From NCBI RefSeq assembly GCF_018919215.1, contig NZ_JAHLQK010000001.1, positions 92,430 through 156,429 on the forward strand: DNA of 64,000 nt, in the 5' to 3' direction. This document shows, in pieces, positions 39,660 through 49,462 of the stretch (its first letter is position 1; every line of letters starts with the position of its first letter). This DNA is from Alkaliphilus flagellatus (GTDB taxonomy: Bacteria; Bacillota; Clostridia; Peptostreptococcales; Natronincolaceae). The position numbers and the translations under genes are program-made. Below the pieces are notes generated by a model. The model saw only the letters and a program-made list of their open reading frames with translations, was not told the origin of the DNA and did not search any database.

Positions 39660-40418
39660 ATGAAGAAACTAATTTCGTGGAATGTTAATGGAATAAGAGC
39701 TTGTGTTCAAAAAGGATTTTTGGACTACTTTAATGAAGTAGATGCAGATATATTTTGTATTCAAGAAAGTAAACTTCAAGAAGGGCAGATAGATTTAGAA
39801 CTTGAAGGATACTACCAGTATTGGAACTATGCAGAAAAGAAAGGTTATTCTGGTACTGCTATTTTTACTAAGGAAGAACCAATTTCTGTGACCTATGGAC
39901 TAGGTATAGAAGGGCATGACAATGAAGGAAGAGTTATTACATTAGAATTTGAGGAATATTACGTTATAACGGTATATACTCCAAATTCTCAGAGAGAACT
40001 GGCAAGACTAGATTACAGAATGCAGTGGGAAGATTGCTTTAGGGAGTATATAAATAACCTTGATAAAAAGAAACCTGTAATAGTATGTGGAGATTTAAAT
40101 GTTGCGCACAATGAAATAGATCTTAAAAATCCAAATAGCAATAGGAAAAATGCTGGTTTTAGTGATGAAGAAAGAGGAAAATTCACTGAACTTTTACAAA
40201 GTGGTTTCATTGATACATATAGATATTTCTATCCAGAGAAAGAAGGAGCTTACACTTGGTGGTCCTATATGTTTAATGCTAGAAAAAATAATGCGGGGTG
40301 GAGAATAGATTATTTTTGTGTTTCGGAAAGACTAAAGGATAAACTAGTAAGTGCAGATATACATAATGAGATATTAGGCTCAGACCATTGTCCAGTGAAA
40401 CTTGTACTAGACATTTAA
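39660..40418 (+). CDS. exoA: exodeoxyribonuclease III (AP endonuclease)
   Basis: MKKLISWNVNGIRA N-terminus and catalytic motifs (CIQESK, VCGDLNVAHNEIDL, GSDHCPV). Confidence 0.85.
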   Translation: MKKLISWNVNGIRACVQKGFLDYFNEVDADIFCIQESKLQEGQIDLELEGYYQYWNYAEKKGYSGTAIFTKEEPISVTYGLGIEGHDNEGRVITLEFEEYYVITVYTPNSQRELARLDYRMQWEDCFREYINNLDKKKPVIVCGDLNVAHNEIDLKNPNSNRKNAGFSDEERGKFTELLQSGFIDTYRYFYPEKEGAYTWWSYMFNARKNNAGWRIDYFCVSERLKDKLVSADIHNEILGSDHCPVKLVLDI

Positions 40419-40426
40419 AAACAACA

Positions 40427-40467
40427 AACCATGCTATACCTGATCAGGTATAGCATGGTTTAAATTT
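40427..40467. terminator. bidirectional terminator, 14-bp perfect stem
   Basis: AACCATGCTATACC-TGATCA-GGTATAGCATGGTT. Confidence 0.7.
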
Positions 40468-40707
40468 AGGAGATTGAATTACCTTTATATTCTTCTTGCT
40501 ACGGATTTCTTGTAGATTACCGTCTTTTTTAACTACAACACTTTCTGTAATTTCAACACATTTTGCATTTGTAATTGTGTTTATGCCAGAGTGGTGTAAG
40601 CTTTCTATTACAACATTTCCAGATGCAGTTGTATTTCCAACAAGTATATCATGGGAGTTAGTTACATGAGGTAAATTGCTACCAGAAATAAGATGAATGT
40701 TTTTATT
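40447..40707 (-). pseudogene. start-less remnant with bactofilin-like beta-helix repeat pattern
   Basis: An 87-codon open frame without an ATG/GTG/TTG start (NKNIHLISGSNLPHVTNSHDILVGNTTASGNVVIESLHHSGINTITNAKCVEITESVVVKKDGNLQEIRSKK...). Confidence 0.2.
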
Positions 40708-40725
40708 TTACATTAATTATATATA

Positions 40726-40755
40726 TTGACATACATCGGAGTAATGTGATATAAT
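40726..40755 (+). promoter_or_regulatory. near-consensus sigma-A promoter TTGACA-18-TGaTATAAT
   Basis: Perfect -35 and extended -10. The next start codon is 335 nt downstream. Confidence 0.5.
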
Positions 40756-41096
40756 GAACAAATTGGCAAAATAATCGGCTGGAGCTGAACAGAAGTATAG
40801 AAAATAATTTTTCGAAATAACCTTATCTCTAATTCCAAAATTATTATTAAGATACTTTTCATTCTATTTCAAAGTGCTACAAGAATATAACTCTTATCTT
40901 GTTTTACACTAGAAACCCTAAAATTCCGATATAAACTATTTAAATGATAAAATTTTTAAAGTGATTTGATTTACAAAGTATATCTGTTTATTTTTATACA
41001 TGAAATCGAGATAAATAGCTGATTATGGACTAATATAATATATTAGTTTTTTGTTGTGCCATATTTTATTACAATAAAAAAGAAGGAGGTGTGTAG

Positions 41097-41636
41097 GTGA
41101 CAAAAGAAATTATATTTTCGCTTGTAGGTTTATTTTTAATAACTTCTCTAACCAATGTACTAGCAACATTAAAAACTATGCTAATGTCAAAAAATATCAT
41201 GAATCCAGTATATGTTCTAGTATTTATAGATTCTATGATTTTTGCAACAATTGTAAGTAAAGTAACTAGTTCTAATGGGATACATTTTACTATTTCTTAT
41301 GCTTTAGGAAAAACAGCAGGAGTAATTATTGGTGGTATAATCGAAGATAGGTTAGCTTTAGGTATTTTGGAAGTTGACTTATTTTTAAGCAATAAAAACA
41401 AAATGATGAAAATTGCAGAAAAGCTTAGAATAGAAGGTTATACAGTTAATAACTTTCGTGCCCAAGGTAATAATGAAGATACAAGATACAAAGTTGAAGT
41501 TGTTATTAAGAGAAAAGAGTTTCATGTATTTCAAGATATTTTAAATGAATGTGGTGTAAGTAACCCAACTCTTAAAATTAAAAACCTAAGTAAAGTAAAT
41601 GGAAAAATTACTACAACAAGAGTTCAAACGACATAA
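41097..41636 (+). CDS. UPF0316/YebE-like membrane protein (DUF2179 C-terminal domain)
   Basis: Three TM helices, then GKTAGVIIGGIIEDRLALG...EGYTVNNFRAQGNNEDTRYKVEVVIKRKE, an architecture like B. subtilis YebE. GTG start after GGAGGTG. Confidence 0.55.
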   Translation: MTKEIIFSLVGLFLITSLTNVLATLKTMLMSKNIMNPVYVLVFIDSMIFATIVSKVTSSNGIHFTISYALGKTAGVIIGGIIEDRLALGILEVDLFLSNKNKMMKIAEKLRIEGYTVNNFRAQGNNEDTRYKVEVVIKRKEFHVFQDILNECGVSNPTLKIKNLSKVNGKITTTRVQTT

Positions 41637-41904
41637 AAACTTAAGTATAATCTAATGCAAAGGAATGATAAAAATGAATTCTATGCAGTTAGGGAAAAAA
41701 ACAATATTTTAAAAAATACTACACCTTTAGAGATGTAGTATTTTTTATTCAATATAAATAGTACTAAGGCATAAATGTAAAATATAAAGAATAAATGTTA
41801 TAATTAAAATATATTAATTATAATAGTCTGAATTATTTTTCACAACAAAATGATCTGACGGTAACAAATTTGGGTTAAAAATAAAATATAATGGGGGAGC
41901 AAAG

Positions 41905-42942
41905 ATGGAAATTACAATTAATAAGGAATATGTACTACAAAAAGCAAAGGAATTATTAGAGTTTAATAGTCCGAGTGGATTTTGCTTTGAGATTATGGAC
42001 AAGATTAGTGCATGGGTAAAGGAGTTTGGATATGCATTTGAGACAATGAATAAAGGCTGTGGAATAATTACTATACCTGGTAAAAGTAATAATAAGGTAA
42101 TTGGTTTATCTGCCCATGTAGATACATTGGGAGCTATGGTTAGATCTATTACTGATAATGGTACATTGAAATTCACTCTAATTGGAGGACCTATTGTACC
42201 TACATTAGATAGTGAGTATTGTAGAATTAGAACAAGAGATGGTAAGATTTATACTGGAACCTTCTTAAGCACAAGTCCAGCTGCCCATGTGTTTGAAGAT
42301 AGTTCTTCTAAAAAACGAGATACTCAAAACATGGAAATAAGGATAGATGAAGTAGTAAAATCTAAAAAAGATGTAGAAGATATAGGCATTGCCGTTGGGG
42401 ACTTTGTATTTATAGATCCTAAAACAACAATAACTGAAAGTGGTTTTGTAAAGTCTAGATTTATAGATGATAAAGGCAGTGTTGCTTGCTTAATATCCTT
42501 GTTAGAGATTATGAGCAGACAAAATATAGTTCCTGAGTATACCACTAAAATATTGATTTCTACATACGAGGAAGTTGGACATGGAGCTTCCTATATACCA
42601 GAAGATATAACAGAAATGATAGCTGTGGATATGGGCTGTATAGGTGATGACCTTAGCTGCACGGAGTATGATGTTTCTATATGTGCTAAGGATTCTGGCG
42701 GACCATATGATTATAATATGACTACTCGGTTAATTAATCTTGCTAAAGAAAATAATATTAACTTTGCAGTTGATATTTATCCTATGTATGGCTCTGATGT
42801 TGTAGCAGCTCTAAGGGGAGGAAATAATATTAGAGGAGCTTTAATTGGACCAGGAGTGCATGCATCCCACGGTATGGAAAGAACACACTATAATGCCCTT
42901 GAAAATACTATTAAGCTACTATATTTATACTTAACTAAGTAG
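41905..42942 (+). CDS. M42 family (FrvX/TET-type) aminopeptidase
   Basis: Overall M42 signature (NSPSGF...LSAHVDTLG...EEVGHGAS...HASHGMERTH). 345 aa. Confidence 0.75.
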   Translation: MEITINKEYVLQKAKELLEFNSPSGFCFEIMDKISAWVKEFGYAFETMNKGCGIITIPGKSNNKVIGLSAHVDTLGAMVRSITDNGTLKFTLIGGPIVPTLDSEYCRIRTRDGKIYTGTFLSTSPAAHVFEDSSSKKRDTQNMEIRIDEVVKSKKDVEDIGIAVGDFVFIDPKTTITESGFVKSRFIDDKGSVACLISLLEIMSRQNIVPEYTTKILISTYEEVGHGASYIPEDITEMIAVDMGCIGDDLSCTEYDVSICAKDSGGPYDYNMTTRLINLAKENNINFAVDIYPMYGSDVVAALRGGNNIRGALIGPGVHASHGMERTHYNALENTIKLLYLYLTK

Positions 42943-43039
42943 TTAAGTATAAGGCTGTTTTATACAAAACAAACAAGCAAACTATAACTATATAGAAGTT
43001 TAAGTAGTCACTTTATATTAGATGATTAATATAAAAAAT

Positions 43040-43078
43040 AAGCAAGGTATATTAGCAATAGTATACCTTGCTTTAAAT
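43040..43078 (-). terminator. terminator downstream of gerAC (read on the - strand)
   Basis: 11-bp stem AGCAAGGTATA/TATACCTTGCT. On the minus strand it is followed by TATTTTTT. Confidence 0.5.
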
Positions 43079-44185
43079 TTAATAAAAATTAGTTATATCC
43101 GAACTTCCTTCTATACGAATATTAGGTTCTATAATTAGATTTACAGAATTAAGTGTTTCATCTATATCAGCATGAGGATATTTTGCATCAATATGTCTTT
43201 TTAAATTAAATATATCTACGTCTATATCTTTATACTTGTTATATAAATCTAAACATCCTTTTTTTATGTCCTCTGCCGCATATTTTGATAATTTCTCTCT
43301 ATCTTTTTTATTATTTAAATGAATGGTAATTTGAGCATAAGCAACAGTAATTTCCATATTTATTTCTTTTTTTACGTCTATATTTTCACCATCATAATTT
43401 ATATGGGTTTTTGTTTTAGTTTTTAAAATTTCAAAATCCATTAATTTACCTTTTTCATCTGGATTTGGTACTTGGATAAAGCCAGTTTTTAGCTCATCAA
43501 CAGCAATATTATAATAAAAGGTCTCATCATAGTTTAATTCATTAATCATTTTATCTTCCTTAAAAACAGCTAACTTTTTAATAAATATCCTTTCTGTAAT
43601 AGCAGTATGATCTTTTTCTATAATACTGATTGCATTAATTTTACTACCTAGTTTTCTGCAAATAAGAAATTCATCAATTCTCATTTGAGGTCTTTTGGTT
43701 ATTGATGGCCTATTCTCAGATAGATCAGCTAAAAAAATTCCTAGGTATTTTTCTTCTTGTAGTTTAATTTTCATTAGCTCTTCTAAATCTACCTTAGAAA
43801 TATATAGATACTGTCTAACTAAAAATTCTTGATCTCTAATTAATGTATCTAAAAAATTATCTAAACCATACTTAGCAGCTCTTTCACTGAATATTATTGC
43901 CTTATTTTGAGTAAAATTTAATCTTAGACTGGAACTTGCGAATAAATTCCTTATTGCTTCATAAATTGTGTTGCCAATACCTCTAAATACTACTCTACCC
44001 TCTTCCTCAGATGTTTCACCAACACCTCTTAAACTTGAAAAGGCTTCCGCATAAATTATAGTATTATTATCTTCATCAATGTCTATTCCTAGGGAGGTTA
44101 CAAAAACAACTCTATTTACATCTTTATAACTAAAGCAGCCAGTTAGAAATAAGGTTAGAATTAATATAACTATGATTTTTTTCAT
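43079..44185 (-). CDS. gerAC: spore germination receptor C subunit (GerAC family lipoprotein)
   Basis: Lipobox LTGC-FS with the GerxC N-terminal pattern (KDVNRVVFVTSLGIDID). Overlaps gerAA by 4 nt. Confidence 0.8.
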   Translation of the reverse strand: MKKIIVILILTLFLTGCFSYKDVNRVVFVTSLGIDIDEDNNTIIYAEAFSSLRGVGETSEEEGRVVFRGIGNTIYEAIRNLFASSSLRLNFTQNKAIIFSERAAKYGLDNFLDTLIRDQEFLVRQYLYISKVDLEELMKIKLQEEKYLGIFLADLSENRPSITKRPQMRIDEFLICRKLGSKINAISIIEKDHTAITERIFIKKLAVFKEDKMINELNYDETFYYNIAVDELKTGFIQVPNPDEKGKLMDFEILKTKTKTHINYDGENIDVKKEINMEITVAYAQITIHLNNKKDREKLSKYAAEDIKKGCLDLYNKYKDIDVDIFNLKRHIDAKYPHADIDETLNSVNLIIEPNIRIEGSSDITNFY

Positions 44186-45606
44186 TCTTTATCATCATCC
44201 TTGATAAAAATATATTGATTTATCTTATCAAGCTCTCCTGTAAGGAATATATCTTTATATTTAAAATTACCTAAGGTTCCAAGTGGATATAAGTAAGGAT
44301 ATCCGCAGCTGGTAAGTCCTGCAAGATGAGAACAAAATAAAACAAAGCCTGTATAGAACCCTGGTAAACCTAAAAACGTGGAAAAAAGTAAAATTATAAT
44401 ACTCCAAGTAAATATTCCTGCAGACACTTTAGGAACTAAAAATGCGGCTATAGAAGTTATAGCTACTATTAATACTGTAACATGAGAAGTTAATCCAGAT
44501 CGCACTGCTGCATCTCCAAGTATTAGAGCCCCTACTATACTTAAAGTAGGACCAATAGGTTGAGGCAGTCTAACCCCTGCCTCTCTTAAAATTTGAAAAA
44601 ATACAATCATCACTATCACTTCAATTATCATAGGAAATGGTACACCAGCTCTAGAAGAAGCTACACGAAATATAAAAACATAAGGTATTAAATTAAAATG
44701 GTGGGTAAATAGGGCTACGTACAGTCCAGGTACTAAAGTTGATAATATAAAAGATCCCCATCTTAAAATCACCCCGAAATTTGACATGAATTTATTTGTT
44801 GTGTAGTCATCTGTAGTATGGAAGTTTTCTATAAAGAAAAAAGGAGCAGAAATCACAAAAGGAGTACCATCTACTAAAATTAAAATTTTTCCTTCAGCAA
44901 GATCTACTGCAGCTGTATCTGGCTTTTCTGTAAAACCTATAGTATCGAAAGGAGTAAGTTTACATTTTAATTCTTCCTCTATGTAATTTCCATATATTAG
45001 ATAATCTGTTGTTACATTGTTCAACTTTTGTTTAACATATTCTATAAGATGTGGGGGAATGCTACCTTTTATATAGGCTATTGCCACTTTAGTTTTGGAT
45101 TTTTCTCCTATTACAATACTTTCAAATTTTAGATTTGGGTCTTTTATTATCTTTTTAAGAGCGGATACATTATCATCTATAGACTCATTAAATCCTACTC
45201 TAGGCCCTTTTATAACTGTTTCTGCAGAGGGAACTTCGACTTGTCTTTTAGCGAAATTCTCAGCATGACAAGCTATAACTTTATTAAGAAAGCCAAATAT
45301 TAGAATTACCTCTCCGGAAAGAATATGCTCTATGGCCTTTTCTTTATTTTCTACATCAATAACAGAAGAAGTTTCTATTATTTCCCTTTTTATTGTTTCT
45401 ATATTATTAAAGGATTTAGTAGTAGTAATAATTGGTGAGATTATAAATTGACTAATAATCTGTCGATCACAAGCATCATTATCATAAACTATGTTTATTA
45501 TTCCTCTATCAACCTTTAATTCTCTATAAATTATAGAGTTATTATTATATAAATTTTCTTTAATATAGTCCAGCCAGGTTTTAGCCATTTTAGTTATTCC
45601 CTTCAT
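44182..45606 (-). CDS. gerAA: spore germination receptor A subunit (GerAA family)
   Basis: N-terminal soluble domain with a C-terminal 5-TM domain, matching the GerA family (IIYRELKV...). 474 aa. Confidence 0.8.
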   Translation of the reverse strand: MKGITKMAKTWLDYIKENLYNNNSIIYRELKVDRGIINIVYDNDACDRQIISQFIISPIITTTKSFNNIETIKREIIETSSVIDVENKEKAIEHILSGEVILIFGFLNKVIACHAENFAKRQVEVPSAETVIKGPRVGFNESIDDNVSALKKIIKDPNLKFESIVIGEKSKTKVAIAYIKGSIPPHLIEYVKQKLNNVTTDYLIYGNYIEEELKCKLTPFDTIGFTEKPDTAAVDLAEGKILILVDGTPFVISAPFFFIENFHTTDDYTTNKFMSNFGVILRWGSFILSTLVPGLYVALFTHHFNLIPYVFIFRVASSRAGVPFPMIIEVIVMIVFFQILREAGVRLPQPIGPTLSIVGALILGDAAVRSGLTSHVTVLIVAITSIAAFLVPKVSAGIFTWSIIILLFSTFLGLPGFYTGFVLFCSHLAGLTSCGYPYLYPLGTLGNFKYKDIFLTGELDKINQYIFIKDDDKE

Positions 45607-45653
45607 ATTGCATCACCTCAGTATATTTTGTGTGTTTTATGAAAAAATATACA

Positions 45654-45958
45654 ATGGTTATTGACCTCGGCCATGGTGGAAGTGATCTAGGAGCAGTTTC
45701 AAGCGAATTAAAAGAAAATCATGTAGTATGGAGAATAGCATGTATGGTAACGGATATTCTTATATGCCAGCTGTATTAGTTGAAGTAGCCTTTATTAATA
45801 ATCCTGTAGAGGAACAGTTATTAAAGAGTGATGAGTTTTTAGAGAAGGCTGCTGTAGGAATTGCAAAAGGAATACTTGAGCATGTGGATATTGACTACAT
45901 GTTGAAGAAGGATAAATCTATGGAAAAAGGAAGGAATAGAATATCTAGCAAAAAATAA
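45654..45958 (+). pseudogene. N-acetylmuramoyl-L-alanine amidase (Amidase_3) remnant with internal deletion and frameshift
   Basis: MVIDLGHGGSDLGAVSSELKENHVVW matches the amidase_3 N-terminus but runs into a stop after 41 codons. A different frame encodes the family's C-terminal motif PAVLVEVAFINNPVEEQLLKSDEFLEKAAVGIAKGI. About 110 residues of the catalytic core are missing. Confidence 0.5.
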
Positions 45959-46069
45959 TTTGATGTCTGATCCTGCAGGATGGCTTGAAAAAATAGATGA
46001 ACCTATGCCAGTATGGGCGGTAATAACTTTACTTATGAATATACATAAGGATTTGAAATGAGATAAATA

Positions 46070-46330
46070 ATGAACTATAAAACAGTTTGAAATAGTTTGG
46101 TTGCTTTTTTAGGTACATGGACAATGTATCTTCTTGGAGAGTGGGATAGCACATTGAAAATACTAGCTATTTTAATGGCAATAGACTATATAATAGGATT
46201 AATGGAAGGATTCAAGAATAAGAATTTAGCCAGTGATATAGGTTTTTAATGGACTAATGAAAAAAGGTGCTATATTCTTAGTTATCATTTTCTTTAACTG
46301 TGTTATTTTATGGAATTAGGAGATGGTTTA
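46070..46330 (+). pseudogene. phage holin (phage_holin_4_1/BhlA-like), disrupted
   Basis: MNYKTV-TGA-NSLVAFLGTWTMYLLGEWDSTLKILAILMAIDYIIGLMEGFKNKNLASDIGF-TAA, then in another frame NGLMKKGAIFLVIIF. The holin signature is broken by an in-frame TGA at codon 7 plus a later stop and frameshift. Confidence 0.45.
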
Positions 46331-46491
46331 CTTTTCTTTTTCTTATTCCTTGTTGTATTATTTGGTGGACGTGAATTTTTCGGATGCTAAAAATATAGAT
46401 GAAACAGGAAAGGGGCTTATCGCCCCTATTTTTTATAAAACAAAGTTCCTACTAAGATAGAAGATATCTTAAGCTCCTGATAACAATTAAT

Positions 46492-46947
46492 TTAAAGATT
46501 ATTTTCTAACAGTCTAAAAGCTATAGCAACTTTTATAGCAAAAATAATCGGGTCTTCTATTGAGAGGAAGTGAATATAAAATAATCTTGGTTCATCGAAT
46601 AGCCAATGGTTGTGTAAAGCTGTAACTTCAATTCCTAGTGCTCTAAGAGCACTTATAAATGGATTAATTTCTTCTTGTAATATAACTGTTTCACCTAAAT
46701 TAAGAGTGTTACCTTGTGCGTCAGGTGATTCAAATGAAAAAAGCGCATTAATAACAAGTGGACTTCTAGTAGGTCTTCCAGCAATTTCTGGTCTAAGATT
46801 TCTTGCACGGGTTACTGCACATAAATCCCCCTGTGATACAAGAATTTGACTCTCAAGAATATCAGCAAATTGTTGACATAAATTACAATTAAGGCTTTGT
46901 TCACTTTTCACTGTATTTTGTTCATTGGATTGAGAATTTTTAATCAT
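46492..46947 (-). CDS. hypothetical protein, possibly DUF1259-like
   Basis: Good RBS AAAGGTGGTG. The motif TALHNHWLFDEPRLFYIHF is reminiscent of DUF1259. The family call is weak. Confidence 0.45.
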   Translation of the reverse strand: MIKNSQSNEQNTVKSEQSLNCNLCQQFADILESQILVSQGDLCAVTRARNLRPEIAGRPTRSPLVINALFSFESPDAQGNTLNLGETVILQEEINPFISALRALGIEVTALHNHWLFDEPRLFYIHFLSIEDPIIFAIKVAIAFRLLENNL

Positions 46948-47105
46948 CTATTTTTCACCACCTTTCACTAGATATATATGCAGTTTATATTTAGTGGTGA
47001 TTATTTTTTTAAAATAAGAAAGCATGGGTTAATGTAGCATCGCAATTTTTTTGCGAAAATTCGCAACTTATTTTGCAAAAACGAAGTTTGAAAAAGAAAA
47101 TCCCC

Positions 47106-47396
47106 TTAACTATATAAATTGCTAAGGGAATTTTCTTTATTTAATCTCTCAATATTTTTTGCCTCTACAATTTGAGCAATAAACTTTATAGCTTTTTCGT
47201 TGGACTCAGTATACTGCTTAGCCTTTTCCATTCCTATTTGATTAATCATCTTATCGTATATTAAATCATGTTCAGAAGTTATTTTAGCTGTTGTGTGGCC
47301 TGTAATACCATTAAGAATACGATCTGCATCAACAATAGCAACATTTAAACCTTCTTTTAAAAAGTATTTTGAAACAAAGTAAAAAACCCTGAACAT
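47106..47396 (-). pseudogene. fragment of an FAD-dependent oxidoreductase (DAO-like)
   Basis: GLNVAIVDADRILNGITGHTTAKITSEHDLIYDKMI matches the region just after the GxGxxG dinucleotide loop of DAO/glycine-oxidase-like enzymes. The GxGxxG itself is missing. The apparent N-terminus (MFRVFYF) is read out of the neighbouring terminator hairpin. Only 96 of the expected 370+ codons remain. Confidence 0.4.
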
Positions 47397-47415
47397 TTTA
47401 CATTCAGGGTTTTCG
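47380..47415 (-). terminator. rho-independent terminator for the 47421-47744 gene
   Basis: Stem AACCCTGAA/TTCAGGGTT with TTTTTT on the minus strand. Confidence 0.6.
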
Positions 47416-47420
47416 TATTG

Positions 47421-47744
47421 CTAAAATAATCCTTTACTATTACCACTTTCTTGTACCTTGTTTTTTGCATTCTGTAATTCCTGATCTCCTACAGATGTAG
47501 AACTATTTAAATTAGGAACAGCACTTGCTGTATTTACTTGACTTGTAGTTGAGTTCATATTCTGTTTAACATTTTGAATTTCTTTTTGACCCACTGAATT
47601 TGAAGAACTTAGGTTTGGTACTGAACCTGCAACCATTCCTTGTCCTGTTGTTGCATTAATGCTTTGCTTAACGTTTTGGATTTCTTCTTGTCCAACAGCT
47701 GTTGAATTTTTAAGGCTAGGGTTATTTTTATTTATATGTGACAT
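47421..47744 (-). CDS. N/Q/S-rich repeat protein (three roughly 33-aa repeats), possibly spore-associated
   Basis: ATG at 47744 after a GGAGGT RBS. Repeats of the form VGQEEIQNVKQ..N.TT.Q...AVPNLSSS occur three times. A terminator follows downstream. Confidence 0.5.
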   Translation of the reverse strand: MSHINKNNPSLKNSTAVGQEEIQNVKQSINATTGQGMVAGSVPNLSSSNSVGQKEIQNVKQNMNSTTSQVNTASAVPNLNSSTSVGDQELQNAKNKVQESGNSKGLF

Positions 47745-48128
47745 ATCATTACCTCCGAAAATAGTTATTTTTAGTTTTGTAAGTTTACTTACATAAATTA
47801 TTATCTCCAGAAAAAGAATAAGTATTCTAGTACTTTGTTTTGTAAAGGTTATTAAGTTTAGCATCATAAACATGTAACTTCTGGTTAAACTAATGTTAAA
47901 CTTTAATCCACAATATTTAACAATTAATTAGTAAAGGTGAATAGATTATTTATTACATAGAGTGTATAGCTTTTAGTAGCAAAAAATTTAAAAAGTATGA
48001 TTTTGAAAGCGAAGGTAAAGAATTATCTTAACTAAAGAGTTTAGATGAGATCAATAAATAATAAAATAATAAATATGAATTCACTTTATTGTTTAGAAAA
48101 ATACTAGAAAATTAGAGCAGGAGATATT

Positions 48129-49283
48129 ATGAGCGGAAAACTACTAAAAAATGCACTTACTATCAATATAAATGATGGTAAAGTTTATAAAAAAGATATT
48201 TTGGTGATAAATGGAAAAATTAAGAGGGTTGAGAAGGATATTCTGTTGGATGAGGATGATATAGAAATAATTGATGTAAAAGAGAATTATGTTTTACCCG
48301 GAATGATTGATTGTCATACGCATCTAGGGATTATAGAAGAAGCTACCGGAAAAATTGGTATTGATAACAATGAAATTTCTGAGCCAGTAACACCCCAACT
48401 GAGGGGAATAGATGCTATTAATCCTATGGATATAGCCTTCTGGGATGCAGTGAAATCTGGAGTAACTAGTGTCATGAGTGGCCCTGGTAGTAATAATGCT
48501 GTAGGTGGATTAAGTGCAGCTATCAAAACCCACGGAACAATTATTGATAGAATGATTCTTAGAAATCCTGTAGGTCTTAAAATCGCTTTAGGAGAAAATC
48601 CAATTAGTACCTATGGTATAGATAAAAAAAGCCCTGTGACAAGAATGGGCACCGCTTACCTTATTCGTGACTTATTTATGAGAGCACAAGATTATATGGA
48701 TCTAAAAGAAAGAAATAAAATAATTCAAAGAGACATTAAGTTAGAGGCTATTATTCCCGTATTAACGGGACAAATATCACTCCGGGCCCATGCTCATAGA
48801 GCTGATGATATTGTAACAGCTATAAGAATAGCGGAGGAATTTGGAATTAATAAATTAGTTATTGAGCACGGAACAGAAGCAAATATTATAAAGGATTATC
48901 TCAAAGAGAAAAAAGTAGCTGTTGCTTTGGGGCCTATGTTGACGCCTCGAATAAAAATGGAACTCAAAAAACGGAATTATTACTCAGCTATAGAATTAGT
49001 AGAAGCAGGGATTAAGGTTGCACTTATAACAGATCATCCCTATAATTCTATTGACCAGCTAAGAACCATAACAATTCTTGCTATGGCTGAGGGATTAAGT
49101 GTTCAAGACGCTCTAAAGTGTATTACTATACATCCAGCAGAAATATTGGAATGTGACAATAAAATAGGAAAGATTGAAAAAGGATATGATGCAGATCTTG
49201 CAATCTATTCAGGCCATCCATTTAATATAAACACCAGAGTAAATATGACAATGATAAATGGTGATATTGTATTTAAGGCATAA
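48129..49283 (+). CDS. amidohydrolase-family metallohydrolase
   Basis: DCHTHL metal-binding His pair, with a later HAH/EHG and a distal D of the TIM-barrel amidohydrolase fold. Confidence 0.65.
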   Translation: MSGKLLKNALTININDGKVYKKDILVINGKIKRVEKDILLDEDDIEIIDVKENYVLPGMIDCHTHLGIIEEATGKIGIDNNEISEPVTPQLRGIDAINPMDIAFWDAVKSGVTSVMSGPGSNNAVGGLSAAIKTHGTIIDRMILRNPVGLKIALGENPISTYGIDKKSPVTRMGTAYLIRDLFMRAQDYMDLKERNKIIQRDIKLEAIIPVLTGQISLRAHAHRADDIVTAIRIAEEFGINKLVIEHGTEANIIKDYLKEKKVAVALGPMLTPRIKMELKKRNYYSAIELVEAGIKVALITDHPYNSIDQLRTITILAMAEGLSVQDALKCITIHPAEILECDNKIGKIEKGYDADLAIYSGHPFNINTRVNMTMINGDIVFKA

Positions 49284-49462
49284 ATTAACTTCATGCGCTA
49301 GTAAATCCAGCATACCTAAAACAGCATTATCTATATTCCATATTAAAAGAGATTTTTAAAATATAGCCTTGTAATATTATTAAGAAAAATATAGCTAAAA
49401 TAAAAGCGATAATCTAATTAAAGATTATTGCTTTTATATTTGCCGTCAAAAAAACGTCAAAA

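Noticed and set aside
46610-46849. Plus-strand 79-aa ORF antisense to the DUF1259-like gene
   Set aside because: It is embedded antisense to a gene that has a strong RBS. No independent support.
47421-47873. Longer 150-aa version of the repeat protein starting at 47873 (MFMMLNLITF...)
   Set aside because: The N-terminal 43 codons are hydrophobic junk with no RBS, whereas the internal ATG at 47744 is preceded by a perfect GGAGGT RBS.
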